Below, in pieces: positions 63,531-64,000 of a stretch of DNA of 64,000 nt. The translations under genes were made by a program, and so were the position numbers. The stretch is from assembly GCF_009834535.1 (NCBI RefSeq), contig NC_045697.1, positions 9,922,001 through 9,986,000 on the forward strand, in the 5' to 3' direction. How positions within the stretch are numbered: position 1 is the stretch's first letter; the number at the start of each line of letters is the position of its first letter. Source of the DNA: Camelus ferus (Eukaryota). Below the pieces are notes generated by a model. It saw nothing but the letters and a program-made list of their open reading frames with translations. It was not told the origin of the DNA and did not search any database.

Positions 63531-64000
63531 ACCTAATTACCGGTCACCTGGATAAGAGGTAGAATGAGGAATGTGTGTATAAAGGAAACAGAATGTTCCC
63601 GCCAGAACAACCACAGTGATAAGCCATGAGTGTCTCATTTTGTGGAGAACGCGCCTTGGACAACCGGCTCAGTTTCCCAGCTAGTTGGATCTGACCCTTT
63701 CCTAAACGTTTTGGGAATAGCGTTCCCAAACAAAAACTTAGAGGGTCCCTGAAGTCCACATGTAGACACCCTAGGAAACATTCCTGGAGTTTGAGGGGCT
63801 GGGATATGTCCCAGCTTCCTAAGAGCTCTGATCCCTTACGATCCTCATAAACTCAAGAAGGGTTATTTGAGCGGAGACGGTCTGTTCTACTACGGGAAGA
63901 GTAAGATGCCTTGTCATTGTACTGACTTATCTAAAATAGTCCTCATTTCATATATTCTAACCATTTGTCCCTTAAAAACCATTCTATTAAGACTTTTGGA

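Noticed and set aside
1..64000. Host protein-coding genes among the six-frame ORFs (e.g. 208 aa at 8919-9545, 197 aa at 19010-19603, 172 aa at 47456-47974, 164 aa at 1937-2431)
   Set aside because: No recognisable domains, many overlap each other on both strands or run through repeats and microsatellites, and the lengths are what chance gives in this DNA

Overview
This is gene-poor placental-mammal genomic DNA, most likely from a camelid (alpaca, llama or camel). It carries three tRNA-Ala-derived SINEs resembling Vic-1, and I saw no Alu, BovB/Bov-A, PRE-1 or CHR elements. A large part of the window is interspersed repeat: ancient MIR and L2, MaLR (MLT1) solo LTRs, DNA-transposon relics (MER53, MER58A, MADE2, Tigger3-like) and L1s of several ages. 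L1s dominate 21-30 kb and 54-63 kb. I cannot support any host protein-coding gene. The only recognisable peptides in the ORF track are decayed L1 ORF1/ORF2 fragments. The repeat-free blocks (about 0.8-1.4, 9.5-10.5, 12.5-12.8, 13.7-13.9, 17.1-19.8, 38.0-38.9, 61.5-61.7 and 63.5-63.9 kb) look like regulatory or conserved non-coding DNA. They include CTCF-like sites, perfect MARE/CRE sites, a CpG-enriched segment with outward-facing splice donors, and two well-formed orphan plus-strand exon candidates. Notable retrotransposition structures are a twin-primed 5'-inverted L1 and an L1 that keeps both ends but lacks most of ORF2. I found no convincing evidence of a new biological system; the best leads are an unannotated spliced (lnc)RNA and a regulatory landscape. 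Repeat family names and boundaries are by-eye recognitions and need RepeatMasker/Dfam confirmation.
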